DNA of 64,000 bases from a virus. Below the pieces are notes generated by a model. It was not told the DNA's origin and did no database searches. It saw only the letters and a list, made by a program, of their open reading frames with translations. The stretch is from positions 5,894-69,893 of IMG/VR virus record IMGVR_UViG_3300012211_000003; one strand, given 5' to 3'. Both the position numbers and the translations under genes were made by a program. Every line of letters begins with the position of its first letter. Position 1 is the stretch's first letter. Positions 36,468 through 45,567 of this stretch are shown in pieces.

Positions 36468-36788
36468 ATGCCTCAGAAACGATCAGCATTCGCACCAGAT
36501 CGACACGTTTGCGCCTACTGCCGTGGAACCGGCTGGGCGAATCAGCGAGACACCTGGAATGATGACGCGCAGCGGACCGTCCGGCAGTTCATCCCTGGTG
36601 TCGTTCCGTGCCTCTGTACACAGGGACACAATCGACAGTCGGCGTATCAGAAGGCGGTCGAGCACAACTCCGAAGAGATGCGGAAATGCTTTGGCAATAA
36701 CTGGCGCGAGGATTACAAAACGGCGATGGACTTGGAACTGGCGCGGTTGAATCCACCAGTCGAGAAGATTCAGGAGAGTTTGTTTTAA
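36468..36788 (+). CDS. Zn-finger hypothetical protein
   Basis: CAYCRGTGW...PCLC. Confidence 0.6.
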   Translation: MPQKRSAFAPDRHVCAYCRGTGWANQRDTWNDDAQRTVRQFIPGVVPCLCTQGHNRQSAYQKAVEHNSEEMRKCFGNNWREDYKTAMDLELARLNPPVEKIQESLF

Positions 36789-36809
36789 ATCAAATAGCGA
36801 AGGAGCAAT

Positions 36810-37646
36810 ATGCCGAAAACTGAGAAGTTCGAACTGAAAACCAAGATCAGCGAAGAGTTACTTGCTGACCTGGCGGTGAAACTGGCCGATGAGTGCGTGG
36901 CCCGTGATGTCTTGAAAGAGGAATTGAGCATCACTCGCACGCGATACAATAACAACATCAAGGGCAAGGAGGATCTGATTCAGGAGTTATCGAATCAGGT
37001 TCATTCAAAGCATCACGTCGAGAAACTGGATTGTCCGCTGAATCCATTGCCGGCGTCGAAGCGGATGGAGCTGCTTCACCCAAACACCGGAGAGGTCGTT
37101 CATACCCGACCAATGACCGCCGACGAGGCAAAGGAGGGGTATCTGTTCGAGGGCATCAACGATCCGGAGAAGTCCGCGGAGAACGTTGCTGGGTTCTTTG
37201 ACGCTACCAACGAAACCGGTCCCCAGTTTGTGGGCGACAACGACGAAGACTCTGACAGTGAGCCAGCGCGGGTTGAAGAGATCGAGGCAGGCGGCGAGCA
37301 GTTCCCGAAGAAAAAGGTAACCGAATCGCCGATCAAATTCGACGACGATCTACATTTCGGCGCCGTGCTGAAAGTCGCGCAGGACAGCGGCGATGGTTTC
37401 CACTTTGGTTATCGCGTTGCCTCGAAGGTGACCCCAAAGGCGAGCCACGCAATTCCAGTCTACGTCGACAGCGTGACCTATGCCGATTACGACCGAATGC
37501 TTGAGAGCGCTGCGGCTGCGATGATCAATAGATTGACGTCAGACCCGAAGTTCTCGGCAATGGGCGTCGATCGTACACGCAGAATCACCGATGCAATCCA
37601 GGCGTTTTGTCTGCCGGAGAATGCCGAATCAGCGGTCGCCAATTGA
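36810..37646 (+). CDS. Hypothetical phage protein
   Basis: AAGGAG SD; HPNTGEVVHTRPMT motif; acidic linker. Confidence 0.7.
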   Translation: MPKTEKFELKTKISEELLADLAVKLADECVARDVLKEELSITRTRYNNNIKGKEDLIQELSNQVHSKHHVEKLDCPLNPLPASKRMELLHPNTGEVVHTRPMTADEAKEGYLFEGINDPEKSAENVAGFFDATNETGPQFVGDNDEDSDSEPARVEEIEAGGEQFPKKKVTESPIKFDDDLHFGAVLKVAQDSGDGFHFGYRVASKVTPKASHAIPVYVDSVTYADYDRMLESAAAAMINRLTSDPKFSAMGVDRTRRITDAIQAFCLPENAESAVAN

Positions 37647-37832
37647 ATGTCTGGCGTAATCCGGACTCAAGATCCAGCCGACGAGCAACTGAAGCAACTC
37701 GGCTGGCTCCTGGTTCTGGGTGGCGGCGATCATAGCCAGTGGTTCGGCCACCACGAGAAGACCAATCGGCTGACCGAAGGCTTTGAGACGCGATTCGAGG
37801 TTGAGCAACAGTTGAGGAAGATATGTCTGTGA
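37647..37832 (+). CDS. Small hypothetical protein
   Basis: Abuts the upstream stop. Confidence 0.45.
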   Translation: MSGVIRTQDPADEQLKQLGWLLVLGGGDHSQWFGHHEKTNRLTEGFETRFEVEQQLRKICL

Positions 37833-37904
37833 CGGCTGCAAGCGCATCATCGCAGATCTGGTCGCGGAGGCGGGGCGGGAGAACGAGAGGCAAGGTAAAT
37901 TATT

Positions 37905-38762
37905 TTGAGCGCTGAACTGAAAATCACACGGCCGCTTGTTCGTTATCACGGATCCAAGTTTCGACTTGCGCCGTGGATAATATCGAACTTTCCGCCACAC
38001 CGAACCTATGTCGAACCGTACTCCGGCGGAGCCGCAGTTCTGATGCTCAAACCCCGCACCTACTGCGAGGTCTACAACGATCTGTCGCTGGACATCGTGA
38101 ATGTGTTTCGGGTTATGCAGGACGCTGAAGCCGCAACAGAGCTGAAGCGTAAATTATTTTACACGCCTTTTGCCCGTCTCGAGCTCGAGCTATCACGAGA
38201 AGCGACGAACGATCCTGTCGAACGCGCGCGGCGGCTTATCGTCCGGTCGTTTATGGGGTTTGGTTCGGCTGGGCACAATATCGCGTTCAAGACTGGGTTT
38301 CGGTCAAAGTCGCAGCGATCCGGGACGACGCCGGCTCATGATTGGCGAAACTTCCCAGATTGCCTTGACGCAATAATCGAACGGCTACGGGGCGTGGTAA
38401 TTGAAAACCGGCCCGCGCTCGAGATCATGGAATTATTTGACGCGCCGGACTGCCTGTTTTATTTGGATCCACCCTATCCCAGATCAACTCGGTATCTTGG
38501 CGAAAACACCGAGTGCTACGAATTTGAAATGTCGGACGATGACCACAGGGTACTGGCTCGAGCTCTGTACACCGTCAAGGGAATGGCTGTCGTTAGCGGT
38601 TATGCTTGCGACCTGTACGACCTCGAGCTCTATTCGGGTTGGACGCGGATACAAAGAGACGTGGCGGGTAACGGTGGTAAAGGCGGGGTACAAAGAACCG
38701 AGGTGCTCTGGCTGAATGAGGCGGCATCTCGAGCTCGGATTCAGGGTACACTTTTCGAGTAG
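37905..38762 (+). CDS. D12-class (Dam-like) N6-adenine DNA methyltransferase
   Basis: RYHGSK, YVEPYSGGAAV, YLDPPY, EVLW. Confidence 0.92.
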   Translation: MSAELKITRPLVRYHGSKFRLAPWIISNFPPHRTYVEPYSGGAAVLMLKPRTYCEVYNDLSLDIVNVFRVMQDAEAATELKRKLFYTPFARLELELSREATNDPVERARRLIVRSFMGFGSAGHNIAFKTGFRSKSQRSGTTPAHDWRNFPDCLDAIIERLRGVVIENRPALEIMELFDAPDCLFYLDPPYPRSTRYLGENTECYEFEMSDDDHRVLARALYTVKGMAVVSGYACDLYDLELYSGWTRIQRDVAGNGGKGGVQRTEVLWLNEAASRARIQGTLFE

Positions 38763-38849
38763 TAAATTATTCGCTTTCTATTAATCGAGTCATTGTGATA
38801 CATTCGGCTTTCAACGTGCTGTCGCGCCAATCTTGACCTAAAGGATTTT

Positions 38850-39380
38850 ATGAGACCTAAACGCATCCTATCCGGCCTCCTCGCAATTTGCTTCCTGTTT
38901 ACCCTCTGTGCCTGTGGCACGCCAAAGCCGGGCACCCCTGGCGGCGGCTTCAACGCTAAAGCTATCAGCTCTGGCGCGATCACATCGTTGACCATCGCAC
39001 AGACCACATTGCAAGCCTTGGTGAGCGCTGGCAAAACGGGATTCCAGACTGAACTGAGCGCAGTCAATCAGGTTATGGCGGTCGCCGGACCGATCAACGC
39101 AGATATTCAGAACGGGGTATTCAGCGGTACAACCGACAAAAAGATACTGGCGTTCGCGGCTCTTGCATCATCGCTGGCAATCCAGTTTGGCGCGAACTCT
39201 AATATCGTTCTGGCGGTAAACATCGCCGTGGGGCTGTACGAGTCGATCAGCGCGGCACTGAATGGTAACGCTGCACCTGCTGGGGCCGCATCGGCGCCGG
39301 TGGATTACAAAGGGCAACAGCGGCAGCTTGACGCGGCTGTTAAAGCCTACAAGAGCGAGTTGTCAGCGAGGTCAAAATGA
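38850..39380 (+). CDS. Lipoprotein
   Basis: Signal peptide with lipobox LCA|C; amphipathic helices. Confidence 0.7.
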   Translation: MRPKRILSGLLAICFLFTLCACGTPKPGTPGGGFNAKAISSGAITSLTIAQTTLQALVSAGKTGFQTELSAVNQVMAVAGPINADIQNGVFSGTTDKKILAFAALASSLAIQFGANSNIVLAVNIAVGLYESISAALNGNAAPAGAASAPVDYKGQQRQLDAAVKAYKSELSARSK

Positions 39381-39712
39381 GCGAGCAAAAACCATCAATC
39401 GGTAGAATCGTTATATACAAAGTTACCGCCGAACAAGCGGATCAAATCAATAGACGGCGCACAAGCAGCCAGTCCATTGCCGAGCGTATTAAAACCAGCA
39501 ATCCTGATAATACGAAATGGCCGCTGGGCGCGCAGGCGCATATTGGGAACTCGGTTTCTGACGGCGATTCGTTTCCAATGATCATCGTGCGTGTGTGGTC
39601 CGGTGATCTAGTCAACGGGCAGGCTTTCCTCGATGGCAATGACACCTTGTGGACTTTGAGCGTCAAATGTGGCGACGAAGACGGGCAATGGAATTGGCCC
39701 CCGAAAGTGTGA
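39377..39712 (+). CDS. Conserved phage hypothetical protein
   Basis: KPSIGRIVIY...PMIIVRVW...VNGQAFLDG...WNWPPKV. Confidence 0.75.
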   Translation: MSEQKPSIGRIVIYKVTAEQADQINRRRTSSQSIAERIKTSNPDNTKWPLGAQAHIGNSVSDGDSFPMIIVRVWSGDLVNGQAFLDGNDTLWTLSVKCGDEDGQWNWPPKV

Positions 39713-40077
39713 AGTAATTTCACGTCGTCGCCTGCATTAGCCCCTATTTGCACAAGGCTGAACCCGATGGAAAGCGACGGCGGGAAGGATTGAAATGGTA
39801 TGATCCGGTCAGGCGAGAATAACGTTGTCATCTTTACCTTGAATGATTCTGATATAGAATCAGCAATTAGGCAGTTTATATGCTCTTGCCATCCCGATAT
39901 GGCAACCGGCTACGTCGTCAATCCGACAGGTGATGAACGGATCAAGGTGGACTGTCAATACGTAGCAGAAAAGAACTAAAGCGGCGTAGACCGCGAATAG
40001 TCCGGCGGCCCTGGCTGGACCACAGAGACGAATGAGTACGGGAACGGATTTTGCACTGTTGGGAGCGAGGGCCAAAC

Positions 40078-40407
40078 GTGTCTCAGGAGATATTAGACCG
40101 AATGTCTGCACTCGAAAGCAGGATTGATCGAGTAGAGAATAGCCAAAAGCTGTTCGTTAAGAAAAATGACCTTGTTGACGAGATTAGAGACTATATCGGT
40201 GACGTTGTTCGGGATGTGGTCTCTGAGATCCTTAAGCCGATGGCGGACACCTATTCTCGGCTAGTGTCCGATAAAGCTGAGAATGTATGGTTAAAGAAAA
40301 CTGCACTCTGGCTTACGGTTTATTGCCTCGCCCTGACTGCCGTAACCGGTACGGCAACTATTTTCGTCTGGCTTGTTAGAAGCGCACTTAACGCCTCGGG
40401 TCACTGA
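40078..40407 (+). CDS. Coiled coil plus C-terminal TM protein (holin-like candidate)
   Basis: GTG at 40078; TM segment ALWLTVYCLALTAVTGTATIFVWLV. Confidence 0.5.
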   Translation: MSQEILDRMSALESRIDRVENSQKLFVKKNDLVDEIRDYIGDVVRDVVSEILKPMADTYSRLVSDKAENVWLKKTALWLTVYCLALTAVTGTATIFVWLVRSALNASGH

Positions 40408-40408
40408 A

Positions 40409-41119
40409 ATGCAAGGACCGATCCTGATTATTGACGATCACCCCGACATGCGGGAGCTGCTTCTCATTAGCCTGGGATTCATCGATGAAGACATAACAGC
40501 AGTAGGATCGCCTGACGAGGCTCTCTCATATATCCGGCGACGCGTCAAGGACCATAACCCACCGCGAATCATCATTTCAGATATTGCTTTGCGTAACGGC
40601 ATTGATGGGTGGGCGCTTGCCAGAAAAATCCGAGAGATTGAACGATCCCCAGAGAATAAAGGACATGCGTTGTCGGCCTGGGTAATGGTCTCGGGTTATA
40701 GTCAACAGGAAGCAGATAAGCCGATGCAGGTTCTTTCTGATGTCTATGCCGTTGTAGAGAAACCGATTGTTGACTGGGAAAAGTTCAGGGCAACACTCAG
40801 GTCTGCTTATCAAAGAAGGTTCGCTGCCGAAGAGATGAAAACAATGGGAGCGCCAAGCCGTGGCGGCCAAATGGGCGGCTCGTGGTTTTCTGATAAAGAA
40901 TTGATGTTTGCTGTCGTGGCAGTAATCTGGATGCTCTTTACAGCCGTTGAAATGACCTTGCAATGGAATCAGAAGGCTCAGATCATCAAGAATGAAGAGC
41001 AGATAATTTCCAATCAGCGTTTGCAAATTCTTCGGATTGACGATACACGCGAAGACCTGGCATCTTACGGGATGCTTAACAAAAATGGACCATTTGGGCA
41101 TAAGGAAGAAAAGAAATGA
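40409..41119 (+). CDS. Response-regulator receiver (CheY-like) domain with C-terminal TM helix and coiled coil
   Basis: ILIIDD, IIISD (phospho-acceptor Asp), DG, VSG, KP; TM segment LMFAVVAVIWMLFTAV. Confidence 0.85.
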   Translation: MQGPILIIDDHPDMRELLLISLGFIDEDITAVGSPDEALSYIRRRVKDHNPPRIIISDIALRNGIDGWALARKIREIERSPENKGHALSAWVMVSGYSQQEADKPMQVLSDVYAVVEKPIVDWEKFRATLRSAYQRRFAAEEMKTMGAPSRGGQMGGSWFSDKELMFAVVAVIWMLFTAVEMTLQWNQKAQIIKNEEQIISNQRLQILRIDDTREDLASYGMLNKNGPFGHKEEKK

Positions 41120-41406
41120 GCAGTGAAGATCCTCCCGCTGGATGCAATTTAGCTTGTCTACAGAAATGGTTTGAAGATCATCAAATCAACGGCGCGAAGC
41201 TTGTCCAGATTGGTAATGGCGCCGAAGCTATGCACGCTCGACACGCCGCAAATCCCGCACTGGTGTTTCCCGATGGGTTTCTTGCGGGGCTACCAGAGCT
41301 TCTGAAAGAACAGGTAGTGATACACGATCTGATCGTAAAACACCGAAGGAAGTGGCGGAAGCTCTGCGGATTTAAAGGACAGGGCCAGCCAGCGGGGCAA
41401 ACCTAA
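41116..41406 (+). CDS. Hypothetical protein
   Basis: ATGA overlap. Confidence 0.55.
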   Translation: MSSEDPPAGCNLACLQKWFEDHQINGAKLVQIGNGAEAMHARHAANPALVFPDGFLAGLPELLKEQVVIHDLIVKHRRKWRKLCGFKGQGQPAGQT

Positions 41407-41480
41407 CCGCATCACAGGCGACACGTCGGGCACTCGTGTTTGTGAGCCAAGGGGGAGCGCTCAGGGGTGTCGCCTTGAGA

Positions 41481-41618
41481 TTACCTATACGGCAACCGAC
41501 ACTCGAGACACAGGTAGCGGCCCTCGTTACCTTCCTCAATGCATTGTGGGCATTCGCATAAGCGAATATCAGCCTCTGGTTCCTGCGTACCGCAAAGCTC
41601 GCATTCATGTTCGTCCAT
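41481..41618 (-). CDS. Small Cys-rich protein
   Basis: GAGGG SD; several CxxC motifs. Confidence 0.5.
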   Translation of the reverse strand: MDEHECELCGTQEPEADIRLCECPQCIEEGNEGRYLCLECRLPYR

Positions 41619-41619
41619 C

Positions 41620-42006
41620 TTAGCCCTCCCTCGGTTCTGGGATCGGCCCAGCCCATTCAATATCGGCGCTGCGTTCGACTCGTTGCCATCGTTCATTACA
41701 ATACATCTTAAGCCCATCACCGATTTCAAACACTTCCCCGCTGCGTTTACTGTACCTGCGCCAATAGCTTCCCGGCTCGCTTGGTATATCGTTCGTATAT
41801 ATGAGTTTGCGTGGCAGCGCCCGCCACAATCTCAGCGCTTCGTTAGTCGCGTCCTCTTCCTTCCCGCGTGTCACCCTGACGGCTGCACCTGTCGTCATAC
41901 ACCGTTCGCAGCGCCATCGGTAGAATTCGTCGCCCCGTGTGATTACGCTGCTTTGGCTGGTCGCCGCGCTATTGCATTCCGGATTGGGGCAATTGTCATT
42001 TGTCAT
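41620..42006 (-). CDS. Lar-like Zn-ribbon protein
   Basis: CPNPEC...CERC..TG...EALRLW; C-terminal WAGPIPEP. Confidence 0.55.
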   Translation of the reverse strand: MTNDNCPNPECNSAATSQSSVITRGDEFYRWRCERCMTTGAAVRVTRGKEEDATNEALRLWRALPRKLIYTNDIPSEPGSYWRRYSKRSGEVFEIGDGLKMYCNERWQRVERSADIEWAGPIPEPREG

Positions 42007-43120
42007 CGATAAACCTCTTGCGGAATTCGGCTTGAACCTCTGTGACTCTGATAAAAGCGATAGGCCGTGATGTTCTTGCGCGGGAATCGATAATCCATTG
42101 GAGCCAGTCCGAGAATTCCTTGACGGCATCGGGGGCTGAGGCCTCTGATTGCGCCATCGCAGAGCGTAACGCGTCCCGTAGCTGCCGTTCGTCCTGTGAT
42201 TCAACCATCAGGACCGTTCTATACCGCTTCCCGCATTTAGGACAGTCTGGTTCCATTATCGTTCCTCCATTGCGCGTAGATGCGAGACGATCTCGCTTAA
42301 CGTCGGCGTAGGTCAGTAGATTTTCTTCCAGCCAGTTTAACCGCGCGCCATCTTCGCTCCCCGAATCCGGGGCGAGGGCCTCGATTGCGGTGCGTAGGTT
42401 CTTATATAAAACCGAATATCCGTCATCGTAAGCATCGGCAGCAAAGAAGTCGAAAGCTACAGCCTTGAGATTCTTCACAGCGCTAACCTGGGCGCTCTGC
42501 GGGGTGGAGTCGAAGTCGCCAGCGGTAATACCAGAGATGGCAGTTGAATAGTAATTCGGTGCACGGTTCATGTATTGCAATAGTTTTTCCCGGTCAAGCC
42601 CGACCGGCGCAACGGCGGGCCGTGGGGCCGCGCTCACTGCGACGCAAGCATTTTCTATTGAGCTTTGCGATCCTCCGCTTTCGAACCTGTAGCCGGTGAA
42701 TTGCCAGCTATCGAGACTCCAATATTTTAGCTTATTCAGCTTATCAGCGACGGAGGCCATTTCGCTGAACAGGCTTGGCGCAGCGGTGGGCCCGGCGACC
42801 TGCGCAGCGATGTCGGCGATACGATCAATTCCGTGCTCGCTGATCTCTCGATAACCAGCCTGATCCGACTCAACGCAATACTTCGCGTCGGGGTCTGCGG
42901 CAATCGCATCACGAATCCTGTCGCGTAGCTCCCCGGTTCTTATCGGCGTGTCGAAATGCCCGATCTTGGCTTTGTCGGCTCGTTCCATCGCCGCTGCTAG
43001 TCGCTCCGCTATTGTTGCGGACGTGATGACGGCGTCCATATCGGCCATCGCTGCGTCAATTAACTCCGGCGTGTTCGCTTGTTTGAAGCGGATCCATGCT
43101 TGCTGTAAATCGTTAGTCAT
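41996..43120 (-). CDS. Mosaic early protein (Ead/Ea22-like patchwork)
   Basis: 374 aa of short modules including ARLNWLE...LRDAL. Confidence 0.55.
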   Translation of the reverse strand: MTNDLQQAWIRFKQANTPELIDAAMADMDAVITSATIAERLAAAMERADKAKIGHFDTPIRTGELRDRIRDAIAADPDAKYCVESDQAGYREISEHGIDRIADIAAQVAGPTAAPSLFSEMASVADKLNKLKYWSLDSWQFTGYRFESGGSQSSIENACVAVSAAPRPAVAPVGLDREKLLQYMNRAPNYYSTAISGITAGDFDSTPQSAQVSAVKNLKAVAFDFFAADAYDDGYSVLYKNLRTAIEALAPDSGSEDGARLNWLEENLLTYADVKRDRLASTRNGGTIMEPDCPKCGKRYRTVLMVESQDERQLRDALRSAMAQSEASAPDAVKEFSDWLQWIIDSRARTSRPIAFIRVTEVQAEFRKRFIDDK

Positions 43121-43476
43121 TTTCTCTTTCTCCCATATTCCCTATAGTCCTCAGTGATCTCCTCGCCCGGCTGAATATCTCTGATCGCACGAGAGCGGTA
43201 GTTCGTGAAGCACGTATTAGCGGCAAGCGAGTGATTAATAAATCTCGCATTATCGCCACATAGAATAAGGTACCGATGCGACTTGCTGATGCCTGCATAG
43301 TTGATTAGCTCGATTCGTTTATGACGTGGAAGACTACGAACGAAATCATATTCAAGATGCAGATCCAGTCCCGGGGTATATTCCCAGATGAGGGTGTTTG
43401 TCTTGATAAGCTCTTCCGCAAATAGCCCAAGGCCGTGGATAGGACTGAGCGCGATACGGGTTTTAATAATTAGCAT
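43117..43476 (-). CDS. SET-domain protein (putative lysine methyltransferase)
   Basis: SPIHGLGLFA, RFINHS, AIRDIQPGEEITEDY; GGAGGT SD. Confidence 0.9.
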   Translation of the reverse strand: MLIIKTRIALSPIHGLGLFAEELIKTNTLIWEYTPGLDLHLEYDFVRSLPRHKRIELINYAGISKSHRYLILCGDNARFINHSLAANTCFTNYRSRAIRDIQPGEEITEDYREYGRKRK

Positions 43477-43479
43477 AGG

Positions 43480-43632
43480 CTACCTCCGTTGCTCGATCTT
43501 CTGTTCGATTCTATCAAGCTGGTTCTCGATCCGGCTGAACTGCGTAGCCAGAAACAGCAGAAACAACAGCGCGAGTGTTGCTATTGTAACCCCGGTGATG
43601 ACATGGCCTATCGTGTCGGGTTTGTTGTTCAT
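43480..43632 (-). CDS. Small membrane protein
   Basis: TM helix plus short coiled coil; ATGA overlap. Confidence 0.55.
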   Translation of the reverse strand: MNNKPDTIGHVITGVTIATLALLFLLFLATQFSRIENQLDRIEQKIEQRR

Positions 43633-43856
43633 GGTCTCAATACTCCCATAAATCGACGCATTTCTACCGCGCAAGCTTCGCACATATCATCCTCAACTGC
43701 TGGCGTGTAGACATCGATCCGCTGGCACTGAATGCACCACTCAGGTTCGGCGGTTTCCGGCATTGGACCAGTGGACGATTTAGCGGGAGACTTCTTAAGC
43801 CAGCGCTTTGCATGTCGTAAATAAACCTTAAGATCGTTTTTGGGTTTGTTGTTCAT
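43629..43856 (-). CDS. Small Zn-finger protein
   Basis: GGAG SD; CIQC...CEAC. Confidence 0.55.
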   Translation of the reverse strand: MNNKPKNDLKVYLRHAKRWLKKSPAKSSTGPMPETAEPEWCIQCQRIDVYTPAVEDDMCEACAVEMRRFMGVLRP

Positions 43857-44190
43857 GGTTGCTCCGGTGGCTAGTCCGCTCGGGCTAATCGTTTTTCGCG
43901 GGCTTTATTTTGTGGCAACTCTTCCTCGTTATCGATTAAAACCTCAAGCCAGCTAATCACACAGTTTATGCTTGGGGTCGATCCGTCAGGCGGTGGCGCA
44001 CCAAACTCTTTTAACTTAGCCATATATTCGCCTTCCTTGTTTTTAGCGCAATATCAAGGCAACGATACGCCTGCGGTCTGTCGAACTCGGCCCGCGCGAA
44101 CCAAAGCGCCTCGTATGCCCTGCGTCCATTTCGTCTTAATGTGAAATAAAAACTCAACATCATCCACCTCCGTCCAAATTCGATGCGAGG

Positions 44191-44277
44191 ATTGTAGCAG
44201 GATAAATAAGGTTGTCAACCACAAAATAGTTGTATTGCGACAAAATCGTTGACAACGAAAATAAAATGATTTAGATT
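44191..44277. promoter_or_regulatory. Divergent promoter pair with operator-like repeats
   Basis: Plus strand TTGACA(44249)-17-TAGATT; minus strand TTGACA(44218)-16-TACAAT; GTTGWCAAC palindromes at 44211 and 44248. Confidence 0.75.
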
Positions 44278-44283
44278 GTAGTC

Positions 44284-44514
44284 ATGGCAAAGATAACAAA
44301 ACGTACAATGATTAAACGGCTACGGAAGAGAATCAAAGACATAGGGTCACAGACGGACGCTGCTGCGGAGTTCGGCGTATCCACATCATATCTGCAATAT
44401 GTGCTACAAAATGGCAAAGACAGCACGAAGGGGCGCGAGCCTGGGCAAAAGATTCTAGATGCACTGGGGCTGAGGCCAGCAGAACAGATGTACGAAGAGG
44501 TAAAAGATGCTTAG
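44284..44514 (+). CDS. XRE/Cro-like HTH regulator
   Basis: GSQTDAAAEFGVSTSYLQYVL...REPGQKILDALGL. Confidence 0.8.
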   Translation: MAKITKRTMIKRLRKRIKDIGSQTDAAAEFGVSTSYLQYVLQNGKDSTKGREPGQKILDALGLRPAEQMYEEVKDA

Positions 44515-44788
44515 ATTTAAGGCAACCGATGGTGACATAGTCCGCGTGATAAGTGACCTATGCCGTGTTCTGCTGCTCGGACCGAACGAATCATTCAGGA
44601 AAGCCAATGGCGGCGTATCGCTGGATAGCAGCAACGACTTTTTCCTTCACGATGAGGGCGACAACGAATATACCCTTGATTGTCGATATGCTCATCAGCG
44701 GGAAAACCTGGAGGCGGTCGGGGTGATCTTGGAATGGCGCGGGCTGTACAAGGTGATCGACGGGAAGCCAAAGAAAGGCACAAAATGA
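44507..44788 (+). CDS. Hypothetical protein
   Basis: GAGGT SD; overlaps the upstream gene. Confidence 0.6.
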   Translation: MLRFKATDGDIVRVISDLCRVLLLGPNESFRKANGGVSLDSSNDFFLHDEGDNEYTLDCRYAHQRENLEAVGVILEWRGLYKVIDGKPKKGTK

Positions 44789-44904
44789 AACCACGTAAAT
44801 TTCTCATCTACGCACTGGCCCTAACCGTGCTCACAATTGGTATCGTGGTTGCCGCGCGTCTGGTGGCTGCGGCGGTGGTGATGTTCGTTGACTGGGTGGG
44901 ATAA
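44785..44904 (+). CDS. Small hydrophobic peptide (39 aa)
   Basis: ATGA overlap; single TM segment. Confidence 0.5.
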   Translation: MKPRKFLIYALALTVLTIGIVVAARLVAAAVVMFVDWVG

Positions 44905-44914
44905 GGAGGCGGGG

Positions 44915-45136
44915 ATGCTTGAATTAACCAACGACGAAATCAAAGACCTTAAGAAACTAACCAAGCTGGCAGATCCATTTGGATACGAAGGCGCATGGTC
45001 TGACGCTCGCGGTGATTATATTCATTGTGGACGCTGTCACGCCGAAGCTGATTTAGGTGCAGTGATCAAGCACCGCGCATATTGTGTGCGAATGGCAGCC
45101 CGGCGACTACGGGAGAGATTGGAGGCGGGAAAGTGA
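44915..45136 (+). CDS. Small Cys/His protein
   Basis: TAAGGAGG SD; CGRC...HRAYC. Confidence 0.65.
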   Translation: MLELTNDEIKDLKKLTKLADPFGYEGAWSDARGDYIHCGRCHAEADLGAVIKHRAYCVRMAARRLRERLEAGK

Positions 45137-45567
45137 AGTCATACAAGCCTGTAAAATGCAATTCTCTCGGTACGCACTGGCGTGACATCGTGGACAATAA
45201 GGGCAAGCTCTTTGCCGTTCAAGTGCCCACGGATATAGCGGAAGCTTTCTGTGCTGAACCCGGTCGATTTCCAAATGTAGAAACGCCGATAGAATTTCTC
45301 AGACGCGATCTCCTGGATATGATCTGGGCTCACAGTGTTTTACCAGCCGCTGATGAGCGGGAAAGGGGGGCAGGGGTGAAAATAATCACTCAAGGCAAGA
45401 TCGCTGAAAAAGCGTTTCGGACAACGTGCAACAAATGCGAGACGGTATTTGAATGCGTGAAATCTGACGGCGAGTTTGTGACAGATTCACGCGATGGGGA
45501 TGCGATTGTTGTTAAATGTCCCGTTTGCAAGAACGAGATATGGATCGACGTGGCGCTATTCAGGTAA
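45133..45567 (+). CDS. Hypothetical protein with C-terminal Zn ribbon (possible fusion of two genes; internal GTG at 45376)
   Basis: GGAGG then GTG at 45133; CNKC...CPVC. Confidence 0.55.
   Translation: MKSYKPVKCNSLGTHWRDIVDNKGKLFAVQVPTDIAEAFCAEPGRFPNVETPIEFLRRDLLDMIWAHSVLPAADERERGAGVKIITQGKIAEKAFRTTCNKCETVFECVKSDGEFVTDSRDGDAIVVKCPVCKNEIWIDVALFR

Noticed and set aside
39713-40077. Gap in the lipoprotein/TM block as a gene or RNA
   Set aside because: There is only a weak promoter-like TGGTATGAT and short ORFs without an SD. I saw no convincing structure.
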